From Setoptus koraiensis (Eukaryota; Animalia; Arthropoda): DNA of 64,000 nucleotides. The translations under genes were made by a program, and so were the position numbers. The DNA lies in the NCBI GenBank assembly GCA_048013815.1, contig CM106586.1, forward strand, positions 17,360,001 through 17,424,000. Reading direction: 5' to 3'. This document shows, piece after piece, positions 59,477 through 64,000 of this stretch. The first letter of the stretch is position 1. Each line of letters opens with the position of its first letter. A model generated the notes under the pieces. The model made no database searches. It saw nothing but the letters and a program-made list of their open reading frames with translations, and was not told where the DNA came from.

Positions 59477-62108
59477 TGAATAGTAGGACAGGACGGACGG
59501 GAGGAAGCTGAGACAACTGAATTTCTTTCTCCTTATCTTCTCTGAAAGAATATTTAATTTCATCTTATATACCGAGTGCGAGAGGGAAGCAGCATTTCTG
59601 CACTTCCTCGTGTGCGTTTTTTAGGATAATCGAGTTATATACTATATAATGTATGGTGTTTGAAAGTGGCTGCCAGCCTTGTCTTGGGCGATACAGTGTG
59701 AAAAGTTGCGTGTGTCTAATAATACCAGCCAGCCAGTCAGGCAGCGGAGGAGAAGTTGTCGTCGGCTTTTGGCTATGGCTGCCGGCAACGTCCGTGTGCA
59801 TATGTGTGTACCTAGTCGATCGTGAGTGCGTGTCTATGCTCCCTAGGTTCCACAAAACCAACAGCTACATTGTAGTCGCGGAATGTCTACCTGGCTACGA
59901 CAGAGATGGTCATAAATTATTCGAAAAGAGAAAAATCACCGCTGTGACTAGTTGCACAACTTTCCTCAATACTAGCGTTTGTGTGTGTAGTTCCTTATTT
60001 TCTTGTCGTGATTATCAGACGAGCAAATCCGATGGCCAACAAGTCCGCTCTGTAAACAAGTGTGTCAAGCTTGTGTGCCTCCTCGGCGCGGACCGTTAAT
60101 ATCTTGTTGGTGGGGGATTTTTCATATTTTTCTTTTCATATTCTCGTAGATGATGAACTGTATTGTATGATAAATTGTGTTGCATGATAGATTGTTCCAT
60201 TGTTTGTGTGCAGTCTTGAGGTGATGGATTGTTGATGCTCTGGTCGCCAGTGTGGCTCTGTGAGATTGCTAACAACTGCCGGTGTCCAGGTTACAACGTA
60301 TGAGGATAGTTGCAGTGGATAAATAGAGTCCGGTGTGCAAATCACACAACTGCCTGATTGCTCATTAATTATCGAATTGTTGTGCGCTGTACTGGCACCA
60401 TGCAACAATGAGTTGTGAGGACGCTTATGGCACATTGCGACTTGCATTCGAAACAAATGGTGACAATGTACTTTTGAGCGACGGTTTTGTGCGGCGACAC
60501 AAAATGCGTTGAATAACTGCGGTGCGCGCACCGGGCTTGAATTATGTTGCTTGCCAGTTTCATAACGTACAATGGTGGGCACATGTGCACTCAAATGTGT
60601 GCGCTTTGTCTTGACAAAAACTTGCGAACAGATACGATATATGCGAGAGATGCGCGTACTAAATGAACTTTTTGTGCCGAAAAAAGGTTATTGTTGTTAC
60701 TACAGTATCTAGCTCTGTTGGCGCACATGCTATATGTGACACAAACAGCTATAGACTCGTGGCGTCAACAAAAGTTCGCTACTCGCAACACAACACTGTT
60801 AACACTGTCGGGAGGGAGCGCCCTTCTATTATTACAGAGCGTCTGCCAAAGCATGTTTTGCGACTTCAGTCAAGATGGCGCCTAATTCACACTGTGAGCC
60901 ACCACTAGCGACTAGTAGACACAATGTTCATTGTGGCAACCGGCTCTTTATGGGCCACTACTATCAACAGAGTGTGTTGAGCAGAGTGCACTTGTGCATT
61001 CACTGTTCGCAGTATATTCAGGTTGATTATTAGCAATATTCATTTGTGTAGTTGCATCATTATGGAGGCAACTGCGTGAATAGGCCACAGGCAACAGCGG
61101 CGTGGTGTGCTTTTTGTTCGATCTTAACACACTGTAAGCACTGTAGTGCGCTGGCTGCTGCACAAGCTAACTGCCGACGATCAACAAGAGAGCGGCGCCA
61201 CCAGAGCCAGACCAACAACTCAATGGAGGCGGCAAATGAGGTGGGCGATTTATTATTCGCCATGCAACCTTAGTTGCAACTTGCAAGCGAACATCGCTAT
61301 TCATGTGATCTCCAATGCCCTGACCACTGGTGCGAGAGGAATCCGGCAGAGACGCTAGCATCGCTGGAAAAATGTGCTGCTGAAGGCAAACTGTTTCACG
61401 AATCACCTTCTCACTTTGATTGCCCGCCTGCCCCGGGCTGCTCCGGAGCACATAATGCTGTCATAATGCCGCAATGCTGCAGATGACTGCTGCTCGCACC
61501 TCTTGCGGAAAGCCGAGCAGCGCCGCCCTGCCGGACTTTGTCTGAAGCAGGTGCGTCTGACACGGTGCAGCCGGCGAGACTGTCGCCGCGACAGAGCGTT
61601 AGGCTGCATGCTAGTTGACGTCTTGCAAGTGGCCCGGGCGTCTTCGTGCCTGCAGTGTGCTAGTGACAATATAAACACACAGCAAGCTTCTTCACTGGCA
61701 GACCTTGCACCATGCATCATCCACCATTTATTATCCACTGCGTATTATCCGGTGCAGCCAGAAGCATGGGCTCTAGGCAGAGGCAGAGGCAACAAAATAA
61801 CGCGCTGGTGCATCGCTCGATCGGTCGCGTTGGCGGCCGCCGTCGCATGGTTTCGTCTTGTCTTTCTCTCTCTCTCTCTTGCGATCATCGCAATGCGATG
61901 GCGCTCGACTCGAGCGGCACACAACATCCATGCAAGCCCAGGGGCGTGCGCTAGAATTTCGATAAACGCTCACTACGCTACCTCTATCATCGTGATGATT
62001 TACGTAAAGTGCAACAGGAAAGTGAGCGAGTGTGTGTGTGTGTGTGTGCGCAACAGGATTTCTCTGCCTGCTCAAAGCGTGCGTGTGTGTGCGAGCCAAG
62101 TGGAGCCC

Positions 62109-62160
62109 GACCGAACTGAAGCGGACCGAACTGAAGCGGACCGAACTGAAGCGAACCGAA
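62109..62160. repeat. 15-nt tandem repeat x3 (GACCGAACTGAAGCG)
   Basis: Seen directly. Confidence 0.9.
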
Positions 62161-62995
62161 TGGTATCGAGCGACCAGCGACCAATTAATTGGGCAGAGGG
62201 CCTGCAGAATGTGTGACACATGCAACATTAATTCATGGTGAGTTAGTGCTCAATCATCATATAGGGTGTTAAGAGCAAGCTGTCAAACTGAACTGTTTGT
62301 GCCTGGCGTGCATGCCGGCGCACTTGGCCAACAGGCCATGTTGCACAAGTTGCCTAGATGGCGCATGCTGCACACAGTCGAGCGTGCACCCTGCACCGCA
62401 CTAGCTGTGTGTATAGAACTTGTACAGGAGAAATGATGCGCACCACATCGGCGCAAGCTGCGCACGCAGGTCTGTGCCGAGCAGGGCGTCGCGTTTGATT
62501 GGTGGACCAGCAGCAATTCGGTGCCCAGTGTTGCAGCATTTGAGGCCGCACTAATCCAGTCGAGTTTAATAGTGGTGCCAGACTGCGGCTGCTAAAGACT
62601 GTAGCCTAGAGTGGAAACGTTCACTCATAAAATCAATTCAGTACAGTCGAGTGCAGCAAAGCAACGAGAGCGCCGCCGCGCGAGAGTGTGTGCTGGTGCA
62701 AGGTGCTCGCAAGCTGCAGCACCAGTCTAGTCGCTGGCATCTAGTGCCAGTGCAGCACTTTATACTACAGTACAGTGCTAGTACAGTGTTTCTGCTGCGG
62801 CAGTACCGCTTGCACGCTGCCGGCCGCGCTACAGCTACTTTTGGCGCAGCTTACTGTAGCTGCAGCAGCATCAGCATCAGCGAGCCTCCATTAGAGTGTA
62901 TTAGTGTGCAGCTAGGCGAGCCGGCACTGTAGTTGTACGGTACGGCGTGTGCCTGCGTCGAGGTATCGCGGTGCCACTAGCACCGTGCTGGTGCC

Positions 62996-63030
62996 ACAGT
63001 GCGGTGCAGCACTATGCTGCAGCGCACTGT
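62996..63030. repeat. Inverted repeat: 16-bp stem with one mismatch and a 3-nt loop
   Basis: Seen: ACAGTGCGGTGCAGCA-CTA-TGCTGCAGCGCACTGT. Confidence 0.85.
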
Positions 63031-63846
63031 ATTAAAGAGTGCGCAAGTGTTGCTGTGCGATCGCTTGTACATCGCTGTATATTATGCAGCGCCGAATAGC
63101 GACGCACTGGCAGCGCGGCGGCCGTGCCGTCGTTGCCGGCGTCGCCGCTGCCAGCACAGTGGCCGGCAGCGGCGGCGACGACGACGAGCTTGCAGCATGC
63201 TGGTTTGCTAGCTATCGCCATCATGATCAATTGCTTTTACAGAAGTTGAGACTGTTGCTTCAATTGCTGTTCTGTTCATCCGCTGCGAACAGTAGTAACA
63301 GCAGCGGCGGCAGCGGCAGCGAAACTATGCCGTCGTCTGCTCGCTTACATGCTGCTTGCAGACTCAACTTGCAGCCTGTGTGTGTGTGTCGTCTCATCAC
63401 GCTTCACGGTGCGCTTGCAGCATTTCCATACTAGTCACCAGTTGCTGGTGCGGCGGCTGCTGCTGCAGCCGCTGCTGCTCTGGCAGCGCCACCATGAGCA
63501 TCGGCAGCAGACTTTAAAGACCACGACGACACTAACGCCACGCCGATCACCATCGGGCTGCCGGCTAAACAACCACCACCAATGTTGTCGGATGGCTGAC
63601 TGACTCACTGACTCACTGGCTGCTGTTGCTGGCTGCCGGCTGACGACGATGATGTTGAAAATCATCGCAATGGCAACAGCCTATGCGACTGTACTTTCCT
63701 ATGGCTTAACCATACGGTTTGTGTGATGATGATGATGCTAAAAGAAGAGAGAGAGAGAGAGAGAAAATCAACCACTCTGGCCCATTTTAAAAAGCACCAT
63801 TTAATGCCAGTGTTTACAGTGCTTATACAACACAACAGCGCTGCCT

Positions 63847-63878
63847 GTACAAGTTGTACAGTACAACTTGTACTGTAC
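63847..63878. repeat. Two overlapping perfect palindromes (13-bp and 11-bp arms)
   Basis: Seen: GTACAAGTTGTAC-A-GTACAACTTGTAC at 63847-63873 and GTACAGTACAA-C-TTGTACTGTAC at 63856-63878. Confidence 0.85.
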
Positions 63879-64000
63879 GACAGTCACTGTTGAACAGTGC
63901 GACGCACTCTGCGCACTCACACAAGCGCGCACACACACACATTTTGTGGTGCACAGTGCGCTGCTGCTGCTGCAACCGCGATTGCAGCCAAATGATTGCA

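Noticed and set aside
59565-63665. Short ORFs up to 237 aa in the last GC-rich block
   Set aside because: C/R/A-rich products of GC-rich palindromic sequence in all frames, with no coding coherence.

Overview
Eukaryotic (arthropod) genomic DNA, not prokaryotic. I recognised no rRNA, tRNA, CRISPR array or transposase. Spaetzle, a tramtrack-type BTB domain and an invertebrate claudin-like gene indicate an arthropod. Intronless housekeeping genes spaced about 70-330 nt apart suggest a compact-genome mite such as an eriophyoid (inference only). Two kinds of sequence alternate. (i) AT-rich, gene-dense blocks: ~700-7100 (NUDT19, TIM22, an orphan, SPT2, a BTB-only gene, a membrane-anchored orphan) and ~33800-37100 (an orphan, a 2-exon small membrane protein, RRP8), plus an AT-rich stretch at ~45300-59300 (a 5-exon claudin-like gene, a 2-exon secreted orphan, then about 6 kb with no recognisable gene). 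(ii) GC-rich blocks full of microsatellites and local tandem duplications (~9400-32300, ~37200-44500, ~59300-64000), probably long introns or regulatory DNA. The most unusual feature is an ~8 kb single-exon ORF (25804-33768). It encodes a Spaetzle/neurotrophin cystine knot behind a ~2100-aa Q/N-rich prodomain, and GC content drops sharply near its furin-type site. An intronless, secreted, 6-Cys orphan gene (10886-12259) lies antisense upstream of it. Four spliced gene models were rebuilt by hand from GT-AG sites that restore the reading frame. Most of the >300 ORFs in the track are shadow or repeat ORFs. Family assignments come from remembered motifs; no database search was run.
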